This document shows, one piece after another, positions 1 to 12,882 of a stretch of 47,498 bases of DNA; position 1 is the first letter of the stretch; each line of letters starts with the position of its first letter. This DNA is from Chloroflexota bacterium (GTDB lineage Bacteria; Chloroflexota; Anaerolineae; Anaerolineales; UBA11858), in assembly GCA_043818215.1 (NCBI GenBank), contig JBDRGC010000459.1:1-47498 (forward strand), written 5' to 3'. The translations under genes were made by a program, and so were the position numbers. The notes beneath the pieces are model-generated. The model was not told the origin of the DNA. It worked only from the letters and a program-made list of their open reading frames with translations, and made no database searches.

Positions 1-277
1 CCTTCGAAGACCCGGACGAACATCGTTTGTGTGAAGAAATGGTTTTTCACGAGTTTTTGAAAACAGTGGAGCAGAGGGTGGGCTAAAATACTTCCACCGA
101 CGAAGCACCTATCATACTGAGGCGGGTGTACCTGAGTCCCAGAACACGGGTTGGCTGTGGGCTGGTTGTGGTGTGATCCTGGTCGCGGGTGCGGGTGGGT
201 GGCTGGCGCTGCGGTGGAGGCATTAGTACACCACGGCGGAAATCCTTCGTGTGCATAGCATAATAGAGTCTTGCCAA

Positions 278-460
278 ACCACCACCCGCTACCCGCCATT
301 CGCCACCCGCCATCCGCCACCCGCCATCCGCCACTCGTCACCCGCCACTCGCCACTCGCCCCCCGCCATTCGCCACCCGCCATTCGCCACTCCCTGACTC
401 GCCCCCCGCCATCCACCACCCGCCCCGCCTCTCCGCCTTCCCCCCCTCCCCACCCCCCCG
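278..460. repeat. Tandem heptamer array CGCCAYY (about 16 units, 278-392) decaying into a C-rich polypyrimidine tract
   Basis: Read directly (cgccatt cgccacc cgccatc ...). The same unit family recurs at 5753-5787 (opposite orientation), 6078-6152, 26896-26924 and 35532-35603. Confidence 0.9.
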
Positions 461-463
461 GCA

Positions 464-472
464 TGGTATAAT
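464..472 (+). promoter_or_regulatory. Candidate extended -10 promoter (TGgTATAAT) for sucCD
   Basis: tggtataat lies 55 nt upstream of the sucC ATG. AAGGAG RBS at 516-521. No clear -35. Confidence 0.4.
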
Positions 473-526
473 CCATCCACATTTTCCCCCAACCGGGTTT
501 TACGTCTCACATTTCAAGGAGTACGA

Positions 527-1666
527 ATGAAGTTGCATGAGTATCACTCCAAATTAATTTTCGCCGAACACGGCATCCCCATTCCTAAAGGTAGGATCGC
601 GACCACCGCATCCGAGGCCAGACAAATTGCCGAAGAACTAGGTGGCCGCGTTGTGGTTAAATCACAGGTTTTGGTCGGGGGACGCGGCAAAGCCGGAGGC
701 ATCCGGTTGGCCAAAAATCCCCAAGAAGCCGAAGAATTAGCCACCCAAATCCTGGGCATGGAAATCAAAGGGCTGCCGGTGCGCAAGGTATTGATCGACG
801 AAGCCGTCAGCATCGAAAAAGAAATCTACCTGGGTATCACCAACGACAGGATTGCCCACAAGCCGGTCATGATGGCCTCATCTGAAGGCGGCGTCGACAT
901 AGAAGAAGTTGCCCGCACCACGCCAGAGAAGATCATCAAAACACATATCGACCCGCTTTTAGGGCTGCGCGATTACCAGGCCCGCGATATCGCCGCTGGT
1001 ATCGACCTGCCACGCGAACATTGGCGCGCCTTCGGAAAGATTGCCCATGGCCTATGGCAGGCTTACAAAAACAGCGATGCAAGTCTAGCCGAGATCAACC
1101 CTCTCATTATCACCGCGGAGGGCCAATTGATGGCTGTGGACGGCAAAATGGTTTTGGACGACAACGCCATCTTCCGCCATCCAGACCTGGCCGAAAAACG
1201 CGATCTGGATATCGAAGCAGAGGCTGAAACCGAGGCCCGCAAGTATGGCCTGTCCTTCATCAAATTGGATGGCGATATTGGGTGCATGGTCAACGGGGCC
1301 GGGTTGGCAATGACCACAATGGACATCATCAAACTCTTCGGCGGGGAACCGGCCAACTTCCTGGATATTGGGGGCGGGGCCAGCGCCGAAAAGGTTGCCG
1401 TGGCCTTCCGAATCATCCTCTCCGATCCCAATATCAAAGCAGTGCTCATCAATATCTTCGGCGGCATCACGCGCGGAGACATGGTCGCCCGCGGCATTTT
1501 GGCTGCCATTGACGAAGCCAGGCCCAAAGTACCGATGATTGTGCGCCTGGCAGGAACCAATGCCGAAGAAGGCCGCCAACTGCTCGCCAACGCCAACATG
1601 ATCACTGCTGACACCATGGCAGACGCCGCGAAAAAAGCTGTCGCCGCCGCGAAGGGAGAGTTATAA
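527..1666 (+). CDS. sucC: Succinyl-CoA synthetase (ADP-forming) beta subunit
   Basis: 379 aa ORF. N-terminus [16 protein letters not shown] and an ATP-grasp plus ligase-CoA layout typical of SucC. RBS present. Followed 4 nt later by sucD. Confidence 0.95.
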   Translation: MKLHEYHSKLIFAEHGIPIPKGRIATTASEARQIAEELGGRVVVKSQVLVGGRGKAGGIRLAKNPQEAEELATQILGMEIKGLPVRKVLIDEAVSIEKEIYLGITNDRIAHKPVMMASSEGGVDIEEVARTTPEKIIKTHIDPLLGLRDYQARDIAAGIDLPREHWRAFGKIAHGLWQAYKNSDASLAEINPLIITAEGQLMAVDGKMVLDDNAIFRHPDLAEKRDLDIEAEAETEARKYGLSFIKLDGDIGCMVNGAGLAMTTMDIIKLFGGEPANFLDIGGGASAEKVAVAFRIILSDPNIKAVLINIFGGITRGDMVARGILAAIDEARPKVPMIVRLAGTNAEEGRQLLANANMITADTMADAAKKAVAAAKGEL

Positions 1667-1670
1667 TCCC

Positions 1671-2531
1671 ATGAGTATTCTAGTAGATAAAAACACCCGC
1701 CTGCTTGGCCAGGGCATCACCGGACGCGAAGGTATCTTTCATACCCAACAAATGCTCGAGTACGGCACCAATGTAGTAGCCGGTGTAACCCCCGAAAAGG
1801 GCGGCGAGTGGATTCTGGATGGCAAAATCCCCATCTTCGATTCGGTGAAGATCGCCAAAGAAGCTACCGGCGCCAACACCAGCGTGATCTTCGTCCCCGC
1901 ACGTTTTTCTGCTGACGCCATGTTTGAGGCCGCCGATGCGGGCATCGAATTGATCGTCTGCATCACCGAGGGCATCCCCGTGCAGGACATGATGCGGGTG
2001 CGCAGCTACCTCGATCAAAAGGGCGTGCGCTTTGTAGGCCCCAACTGCCCCGGCCTGCTCACCCCTGGCGAGGCCAAAGTTGGCATTATCCCCGGAAACA
2101 TTGCCATCCCCGGAAATATCGGCGTGGTGTCCCGCTCTGGCACATTGACTTACGAAGTGCTCTATGCCCTCAAAGAACTAGGCATGGGCGTCAGCACTTG
2201 CGTGGGCATCGGCGGCGACCCCATCAATGGCACCAATTTTATCGATGTACTGCGCCTGTTCGAAGAAGACCCCCAAACAGATAAAGTCGTCCTGATCGGC
2301 GAAATCGGAGGCACGGACGAAGAGAAAGCTGCCGAGTTCATCGCCAAACACATGACCAAGCCCGTGGTCAGCTTCATCGCCGGGCAGACCGCCCCTCCCG
2401 GCAAACGCATGGGGCACGCCGGAGCCATCGTCGAGGGCGGCGAAGGTCTGGCCGCCGACAAAGTCAAAGCATTGGAGGCCGCCGGGGTGAAAGTTGCCAG
2501 ACACCCGGAGGAGATCCCCAGCTTGTTGTAG
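1671..2531 (+). CDS. sucD: Succinyl-CoA synthetase alpha subunit
   Basis: 286 aa ORF with SRSGTLTYE and the MGHAGAI phosphohistidine loop characteristic of SucD. Confidence 0.95.
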   Translation: MSILVDKNTRLLGQGITGREGIFHTQQMLEYGTNVVAGVTPEKGGEWILDGKIPIFDSVKIAKEATGANTSVIFVPARFSADAMFEAADAGIELIVCITEGIPVQDMMRVRSYLDQKGVRFVGPNCPGLLTPGEAKVGIIPGNIAIPGNIGVVSRSGTLTYEVLYALKELGMGVSTCVGIGGDPINGTNFIDVLRLFEEDPQTDKVVLIGEIGGTDEEKAAEFIAKHMTKPVVSFIAGQTAPPGKRMGHAGAIVEGGEGLAADKVKALEAAGVKVARHPEEIPSLL

Positions 2532-2606
2532 CAAGATTAAGAGAACGCCCCCCGCCCCCAACTTTTGGGGGGATGTTCCCCAAATATTGAGTCGACCTGA
2601 TTATAT

Positions 2607-2650
2607 AAACACAAAAAGAGCGCAACAAGTGCTGTGCTCTGTTTGTGTTT
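2607..2650. terminator. Hairpin downstream of sucD (15 bp stem, 1 mismatch, 14 nt loop), possible terminator
   Basis: aaacacaaaaagagc / gctctgtttgtgttt, followed by a T-rich ttttgg. Sits between the convergent sucD and acpP. Confidence 0.35.
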
Positions 2651-2861
2651 TGGTTTGTATTAGCGCACGCAAGTACGCCGGACACTCTCGTGTCCTACCA
2701 TAAACTTCTGCCGACTTTTTGAGTGACTGGTTTGTAGTAGCGCACACAAGTGCGCTGGACACTCTCGTGTCCTACTACAAACTTCTGCCGATATTTTGAG
2801 TGACTGGTTTGTAGTAGCGCACACAAGTGAGCCGGACACTCTCGTGTCCTACTACAAACTT
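2651..2861. repeat. 77-bp tandem repeat, 2.7 copies (starts at 2651, 2728, 2805); each unit predicts a three-way-junction fold
   Basis: Direct reading. In copy 2 an outer stem GTTTGTAGTAG/CTACTACAAAC encloses GCGCAC-acaa-GTGCGC and GGACAC-tctc-GTGTCC. Copies 1 and 3 carry mismatches. Confidence 0.85.
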
Positions 2862-2864
2862 TTG

Positions 2865-3101
2865 TTACATCCTTGTTTCGATATATTTAACGGCCTCTCC
2901 GACCGTTGTGATCAGTTGGGCGTCTTCGTCTGAAATCTCACCGCCAAATCGCTCCTCGAATTCCATAATCAATTCAACCAAATCTAAAGAGTCAGCTTCC
3001 AGTTCCTCACGGAAACGCGCCTCAGGGGTGATCTTATCTTCATCAATATCCAATAATTCGATAATAATATTCTTGATCTGTTCGAACACTTCTTGAGCCA
3101 T
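2865..3101 (-). CDS. acpP: Acyl carrier protein
   Basis: [20 protein letters not shown] contains the phosphopantetheine-attachment DSL motif. I moved the start to the ATG at 3101 (MAQEVFEQ...), which has a GGAGG RBS. The longer tracked ORF (to 3146) begins inside a repeat element. Confidence 0.9.
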   Translation of the reverse strand: MAQEVFEQIKNIIIELLDIDEDKITPEARFREELEADSLDLVELIMEFEERFGGEISDEDAQLITTVGEAVKYIETRM

Positions 3102-3134
3102 AGTAACCTCCTCGGTTTTAAAATAAACCTTATC

Positions 3135-3208
3135 GGTGTGTTTCATTTCATTTGAAAGCGCTGATTGAGTGGGCGATATGTCTTACTTCAAATCAAATGA
3201 AACACACC
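3135..3208. mobile_element. 74-bp MITE-like element with 22-nt terminal inverted repeats (21/22 match) and a 6-bp direct duplication CTTATC
   Basis: The ends GGTGTGTTTCATTTCATTTGAA ... TTCAAATCAAATGAAACACACC are flanked immediately by cttatc (3129-3134) and cttatc (3209-3214). A related copy lies at 41942-42231. Confidence 0.65.
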
Positions 3209-3295
3209 CTTATCCACTGGGAATGAATAATCCCAGTAGTGGGTTGTCCATCTTCGGGCAATTTTAACCGGGCCTGCCATTCTGTCAAGCAAATG

Positions 3296-3324
3296 TTGAC
3301 AGTCCCGAATCAGGCTGGTAAGAT
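3296..3324 (+). promoter_or_regulatory. Candidate sigma70-type promoter for fni (TTGACA-17-TAAGAT)
   Basis: ttgaca 3296-3301, 17-nt spacer, taagat 3319-3324. Lies 28 nt upstream of the fni ATG. Confidence 0.45.
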
Positions 3325-3351
3325 AACTTCACCCCACAGGAACACTTTTTC

Positions 3352-4389
3352 ATGTCGAAAGTTACGCTCACAAGCTCACGAAAAGCAGATCACATTAGAA
3401 TTAATCTGCAAGAGGATGTACGTTCCGGCCTGAGTACCGGGCTGGAAGGTTATCGTTTTACGCATCAGGCTCTCCCCGAACTCAACCTCGACGATGTGGA
3501 TGCGACCCTGTCTCTGTTTGAGAGGCGTTTGCAAGCCCCGATACTGATCTCGTCGATGACGGGCGGCACCCCGGAGGCCGGAGCCGTCAACCGCGCCCTG
3601 GCCGCCGCCGCCCAAGAAACAGGTATCGCTATGGGGGTAGGGTCCCAACGGGCCGCCATCGAGCACCCTGAGCTGGCCGCCACGTTTCAAATGCGTCAGG
3701 TTGCCCCGGATGTGCTGTTGTTCGCCAATTTGGGCGCCGTCCAACTCAACTACGGTTACGGCGTTGATCATTGCCGGCGGGCCGTCGAGATGATCGCGGC
3801 CGATGCTCTAATCCTGCACCTGAATCCATTACAAGAAGCTGTGCAACCAGATGGAGATACCCGCTTTGCAGGTTTGCTGCACAAAATAGAAGCTGTATGC
3901 AAAGCACTGCGAGCGCAGGGTATCCCGGTGATCGTCAAAGAAGTTGGCTGGGGAATTTCAGAGCAAGCAGCCCGCCAATTGGTGGATGCCGGTGTCTCCG
4001 CAATCAATGTGGCTGGAGCCGGGGGAACTTCTTGGGCACAGGTAGAAATGCACCGCGCCCAAGATGAAAGCCAGGCCCGATTGGCCGCCGCCTTCCTGAA
4101 TTGGGGAATCCCCACGGCAGAATCCATCCTTCAGGTGCGCCGCGCAGCACCCGAAATCCCGATCTTTGCTTCGGGGGGGCTGCGCACCGGCCTCGATATT
4201 GCCAAATGTGTGGCCTTGGGAGCCACCTTGGGGGGGATGGCTGTCCCCTTTTTGAAAGCCGCGGTGCATTCCATCGAAGTGACCGTCCAGACCATCCATG
4301 AAGTACAGCGCGAGATTCAAGTTGCCATGTTTGCCGCCGGCGCAAAGAATCTGAAAGAACTGCAAAATACACCGTTGGTGAAATTGTAA
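3352..4389 (+). CDS. fni: Isopentenyl-diphosphate delta-isomerase, type 2 (FMN-dependent)
   Basis: 345 aa TIM-barrel flavoprotein pattern: RKADHI near the N-terminus, ISSMTGG, VKEVGWG, ASGG(L)R. Confidence 0.9.
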   Translation: MSKVTLTSSRKADHIRINLQEDVRSGLSTGLEGYRFTHQALPELNLDDVDATLSLFERRLQAPILISSMTGGTPEAGAVNRALAAAAQETGIAMGVGSQRAAIEHPELAATFQMRQVAPDVLLFANLGAVQLNYGYGVDHCRRAVEMIAADALILHLNPLQEAVQPDGDTRFAGLLHKIEAVCKALRAQGIPVIVKEVGWGISEQAARQLVDAGVSAINVAGAGGTSWAQVEMHRAQDESQARLAAAFLNWGIPTAESILQVRRAAPEIPIFASGGLRTGLDIAKCVALGATLGGMAVPFLKAAVHSIEVTVQTIHEVQREIQVAMFAAGAKNLKELQNTPLVKL

Positions 4390-4404
4390 AGGTTGTAGAC
4401 AACA

Positions 4405-5430
4405 ATGGCTCTGGGAAAACTCACCCCAATCTACCTTGCTGGTATCGAAATAGAACTGCGACAGACCGTAGGGCGCGCCAATGGCCCTGACCTCGAAGAA
4501 CTCCACTACATAATAGCCTATCATCTGGGTTGGGAAGGTGAGGAGGCCGGCCCCAAAGCGCGCGGCAAGCGCATCCGGCCACTGTTGGTGCTGCTCACCT
4601 GCGCGGCAGCAAGCGGCGACGCTTCGACAGACTGGCAACGGGCACTCCCGGCTGCGGCTGCGGTGGAATTGGTACACAATTTCTCCCTGCTGCACGACGA
4701 TATCGAAGACAACAGTCCCCTGCGGCGTGGGCGGCCAACGGTGTGGGCCAGGTGGGGAATCCCCCAGGCCATCAACACCGGCGACGCCATGTTTGTGCTT
4801 GCTCACCTGGCTTTATCGCGACTCGCGGAAACCACATCCCCCGGCATCGCGCTGCAAGCTGCCAACGTGCTCCAGAGCGCCTGCCTGCATTTAACCCAGG
4901 GACAATATCTGGACATCTCTTACGAGAACCGCAGCGACCTTTCGCTGGAAGATTACTGGCCGATGATAAACGGCAAGACAGCAGCGCTGCTGGCAGCCTG
5001 CACAGAGCTTGGCGCGCTGGCCGCAGACGTGAAGTCGTCCACCCGCACCGCATACCGTGACTTCGGGCGCGATTTAGGGCTGGCTTTTCAGGTCCTGGAT
5101 GACCTGCTCGGAATTTGGGGGGATGCTGCGAAAATTGGAAAATCGAACGCCAGTGATTTGGTAGAGGGGAAGAAATCGCTGCCGGTGCTGTATGGACTTG
5201 CTCAGAACGGCCCCTTTGCCCAACGCTGGCTTGAAGGTCCCATCACTCCCGCAGATGTGCCGTCCTTGGCAGTACAATTGGAAACCGAGGGAGCACGCGC
5301 CTATTCGCAAGACACTGCCGACCGCCTGACCCGGCAAGCTCTGTATGCTCTGACCGCTACGCAACCCAAAGGGGAAGCGGGGGAGGCGTTGATGGAGTTG
5401 GCGAACCAATTATTGAAACGGCGGGCATGA
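4405..5430 (+). CDS. Polyprenyl diphosphate synthase (GGPP/FPP synthase family)
   Basis: 341 aa with the first and second aspartate-rich motifs (LLHDDIEDNSPLRRGRP and FQVLDDLLG). Confidence 0.9.
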   Translation: MALGKLTPIYLAGIEIELRQTVGRANGPDLEELHYIIAYHLGWEGEEAGPKARGKRIRPLLVLLTCAAASGDASTDWQRALPAAAAVELVHNFSLLHDDIEDNSPLRRGRPTVWARWGIPQAINTGDAMFVLAHLALSRLAETTSPGIALQAANVLQSACLHLTQGQYLDISYENRSDLSLEDYWPMINGKTAALLAACTELGALAADVKSSTRTAYRDFGRDLGLAFQVLDDLLGIWGDAAKIGKSNASDLVEGKKSLPVLYGLAQNGPFAQRWLEGPITPADVPSLAVQLETEGARAYSQDTADRLTRQALYALTATQPKGEAGEALMELANQLLKRRA

Positions 5431-5431
5431 C

Positions 5432-5459
5432 GGACGACCACCAACGGACGATGGACGAC
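5432..5459. repeat. Short heptamer array GGACGAY (4 units)
   Basis: ggacgac caccaac ggacgat ggacgac, starting directly after the polyprenyl synthase stop codon. Confidence 0.7.
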
Positions 5460-5476
5460 CGCGGGCAGCGTTCACC

Positions 5477-6891
5477 TTATACAAACCGCATGAATACTTG
5501 ATTGCCCAGTAAACGACCTTTGGGGGTCAAGCGGAGAGTATCTCCCACCCATTCCAGCAATTCCCAATCAACCAATTCTCCAATCTCTTTTCCGAATACA
5601 TCTTCTAAGGCTCGCTCGAACCGGAAATTGAAGGCCGGCCCGGATACTCCCTCTTGGGTGAGGCGTAAGCCCATCATCATGGTTTCGCGCATTTCAGTCT
5701 CGCGGTCGATGGGGAGAGCGGTGATGGTGGCGGGGGTGCGGGGGAAGTGAATGGCGGATGGCGAACGGCGGATGGCGGATGGCGGATGGGAAGTGACGGA
5801 CCCCGTCGGCTGCGCCTCAGGACTGCGTGGCGAGTGGTGGAGAGCGAGGCGGCGGATATATTCTGCAGGGGCCAGCACATTGGCGGTGCGAATTCCGTTG
5901 GCAAAGCCGTGGGCGCCGGCGCCGAAACCAAGATACGGTAAGTTGCGCCAGTATTGCAGATTGTGGCGGCAAGCAAATGGCGAGTTGCGAATGGCGGACA
6001 CTTGCACCTGCACTGCGCTCCGTCGCAAGTGCAGGTGTGGCGAATTAGGAATGGCAAGTTTCGTATCACCACCCCCCACTCGCCACTCGCCATCCGCCGT
6101 TCGCCACTCGCCATTCGCCACTCGCCACTCGCCACTTGCCACTCGCCGTTCACTATTTGCCATCGCCCAATTGGAGATTTCGTATTGAATATATCCAGCT
6201 TGCTCCAGCTTATCGCTGGCTAACTCGTACATATCGGCGGCCAGGTCGGAGTCAGGCTCGGTAAGCAGGCCGCGGGCCACCCGGCTCTGCATGGGGGTAC
6301 CAGCCTCCAATGTCAGGGCGTAAAGGGAGAAATGCTCGGGGCGAGGCCCAGCGACAGAGTCAGCGATGTCTCCCAGTGCTCCAATGTTTGGGCGGGGAGG
6401 CCGAAGATCAGATCCAGGCTGAGATTGTCGAAACCGGCCTGCCGTGCCCATTTCACGGCCTCTGCTACATCCCAGTATGCGTGCTGGCGGCCCAACAGAG
6501 CCAGTTCAGCCGGGCGGGCAGATTGCATTCCCACGCTGAGGCGATTGACTCCCAGGAAGCGCAAATCTCGCAGATAATCGGGAGAGAGAGTTCCCGGGTT
6601 GGCTTCCAGGGTGATCTCGGTGGAAGAGTCGAGAGCGAAGGTAGTATCCAAAACTCGCAGGATGCGGCTGATTTCATCCTGGGGAAGGAGGGAGGGGGTT
6701 CCGCCTCCAAAGTAGATGGTATGCACCGGGATGGCCTCCTCCACCCCCATTGTCAGGCATTGAATCTCCTGCTCGAGGGCGCGCATATACTCCGGGATGA
6801 GGGTTTCCAATCCCGCAAAGGTGTTAAAATCGCAATAGTTGCAACGTTGTTGGCAAAAGGGGATATGTAAATAGATGCTATAAGGGGTCAT
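5477..6891 (-). pseudogene. hemW: Radical SAM HemW/HemN-like (oxygen-independent coproporphyrinogen oxidase family), apparent frameshift plus in-frame repeat insertions
   Basis: The N-terminal ORF (6313-6891) has the CxxxCxxC motif (CQQRCNYC). The C-terminal ORF (5477-6451) continues the family (HFSLYALTLE, CRHNLQYW, GFGAGAH) in another frame. The frames join at a G4/C4 run at 6338-6341. Confidence 0.7.
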
Positions 6892-6995
6892 CGAGGGGAG
6901 TATACCACTGCGAGGACATGGTGGAATAAATCGGGATGGGAAAGTGTGTATTTCTCTGTTATCTTACCGGCAAAATCGGGAATTATTGGTATTAA

Positions 6996-7020
6996 AGAAA
7001 AAACCGCCCTTTCGGGCGGT
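6996..7020 (-). terminator. Intrinsic terminator of the rrn operon
   Basis: On the minus strand ACCGCCC-gaaa-GGGCGGT is followed by a T-run, immediately downstream of the 5S gene. Confidence 0.8.
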
Positions 7021-7032
7021 TCTGAAAAAGTC

Positions 7033-7150
7033 TCTTGGCAACGACTTACTCTCCCAGGGGGCTGCCCCCCAAGTACCATCAGCGCTGACGGGCTTAACTG
7101 CCGGGTTCGGGATGTAACCGGGTGTACCTCCGCCGCTATAATCACCAAGA
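7033..7150 (-). rRNA. rrf: 5S ribosomal RNA
   Basis: The reverse complement reads TCTTGGTGATTATAGCGGCGGAGG...CCCGAACCCGG...GGGAGAGTAAGTCGTTGCCAAGA, with the terminal helix I pairing. Confidence 0.9.
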
Positions 7151-7289
7151 AACTTTATTCACAATGTTAATTTGTACCATCTCAACAAAATGGGAGAAGA
7201 AGGTAGGTTCAAAGCCACCGCTTCTCCTTTATTAGTTAAGTTATATCAACTAAATAGTGTTTTCGAATAGTTCTGAGTTCTCCGCACCA

Positions 7290-10280
<2,991 letters not shown>

Positions 10281-10561
10281 TTACGTGATGCGGAGAAATC
10301 AAAACTATTCGTTATATTTTTTACGCAATTACACTATTTAGTTGGTAAGGTACTATTCCGGCGGTTAGCTGCCGGTGGGTGCTTCTCACGTATGTCAGAA
10401 GCACCCACCGATTGCCAACTATTTACCTGATAATTTACGCACAGCGACCCGGCAAATCGCCGGGTCGCAAACATCCCAAACGATCATACCTTTTACTTGC
10501 TCAGACGATCAGGCCACTCGTACGCAAACGCTCTTTCCTTTACTCGAAGTCGAAGCTCAAG

Positions 10562-10634
10562 TGGAGATGAGGGGACTCGAACCCCTGGCCTCCGCCTTGC
10601 AAAGGCGGCGCTCTCCCATCTGAGCTACATCCCC
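10562..10634 (-). tRNA. tRNA-Ala (anticodon UGC)
   Basis: The reverse complement is GGGGATGTAGCTCAGATGGGAGAGCGCCGCCTTTGCAAGGCGGAGGCCAGGGGTTCGAGTCCCCTCATCTCCA. G3:U70 is present. CCA is not encoded. Confidence 0.95.
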
Positions 10635-10717
10635 AGGTCAGTTATCATTATCCAGTCGTCAGTGTTCAGTTTTATTTCCACTGATTACCGGTTAGTAAAA
10701 ACTGGTTACTGAGACTG

Positions 10718-10791
<74 letters not shown>

Positions 10792-10970
10792 TTTCTTCAC
10801 AACACTTCAGCAAGTTCAGGGTATGGCTCAAGGCAGGTCTTGACAACTGAGGAGTGACAGAAAGCTACCCATTCCAGGGTTTCCTCGACACCGGTCGAGG
10901 ATAGTTTTAGAAAAGGAGTAGAGCGATAATCCGTACCATAATAGTACCAGATTATTCTCAGGTCTCCATA

Positions 10971-12492
<1,522 letters not shown>

Positions 12493-12596
12493 GCAAAAAA
12501 CGCATCCGAAGATGCGGGATTTACGTTCTAGAATTGGGCTCTAGCTTGCTTTCTGTCACTCTTCAGTTGTCAAGGTTCTATTTGTGAAGCGGGCGG

Positions 12597-12625
12597 ATTT
12601 TACCAGCCGCTTATCAGCTTGTCAA
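12597..12625 (-). promoter_or_regulatory. rrn promoter (TTGACA-17-TAAAAT)
   Basis: Minus strand: ttgaca at 12625-12620, 17-nt spacer, taaaat at 12602-12597. An A/T-rich tract lies upstream. About 100 nt upstream of the mature 16S 5' end. Confidence 0.65.
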
Positions 12626-12640
12626 GATATCTATTGAGAC

Positions 12641-12672
12641 AAAAAAATCCGATATCCGGTTTCGGATATCGG
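12641..12672 (-). terminator. Intrinsic terminator (CCGATATCCG-aaa-CCGGATATCGG + T7)
   Basis: A near-perfect (10-11 bp) hairpin followed by ATTTTTTT on the minus strand. Confidence 0.75.
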
Positions 12673-12775
12673 CACGTCAGACCAACAAGCACAGGCTTTG
12701 GTCTCTGACGCAGAAGCGTCTCTTTAATTGTTAGCGATCTACCCAGGATTGAGAAGGTCGTATCTTGACGTTGTG
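12641..12775 (-). ncRNA. Candidate small non-coding transcript bounded by a consensus promoter and an intrinsic terminator
   Basis: Defined only by the promoter at 12782-12809 and the terminator at 12641-12672. No ATG-initiated ORF seen. Internal hairpins present. Not matched to any RNA family I recognise. Confidence 0.3.
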
Positions 12776-12781
12776 GGAAAG

Positions 12782-12809
12782 ATTATACGCTTAAAAGTCA
12801 GAGTGTCAA
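12782..12809 (-). promoter_or_regulatory. Consensus sigma70 promoter (TTGACA-16-TATAAT)
   Basis: Minus strand: ttgaca at 12809-12804, 16-nt spacer, tataat at 12787-12782. Confidence 0.6.
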
Positions 12810-12882
12810 GGGGGAAACCGAGCAATGTTCGAACTTCTTTTGAAACTCAGCGCAAGAACTGCCACTCCTTGCGCTGGAAGAG

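Noticed and set aside
1-86. Open frame running in from the left edge (...FEDPDEHRLCEEMVFHEFLKTVEQRVG*), a possible 3' end of an upstream gene
   Set aside because: Only 27 codons are visible with no recognisable motif, so I cannot support it as a feature.
83-510. Three overlapping tracked ORFs (83-334 minus, 271-471 plus, 289-510 minus) with W/R/G/A- or P/H/S-rich repeats
   Set aside because: They are translations of the stop-free CGCCAYY heptamer array in different frames and strands. They have no RBS and no protein-like composition.
2651-2861. Whether the 77-bp array, or any of the short tandem arrays, is a CRISPR locus
   Set aside because: The segments between the palindromic cores are themselves repeated, so there are no unique spacers. 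The heptamer and octamer arrays have periods far too short. No cas genes are present in the window.
3958-4806. 282-aa minus-strand ORF overlapping fni and the polyprenyl synthase; similar long antisense ORFs lie at 25857-26828, 33290-34354, 39365-40012, 36764-37450 and 1063-1617
   Set aside because: These are shadow ORFs typical of GC-rich coding DNA. The opposite strand carries unmistakable conserved proteins, and the shadow ORFs have no motifs and are Arg/Gly/Pro-rich.
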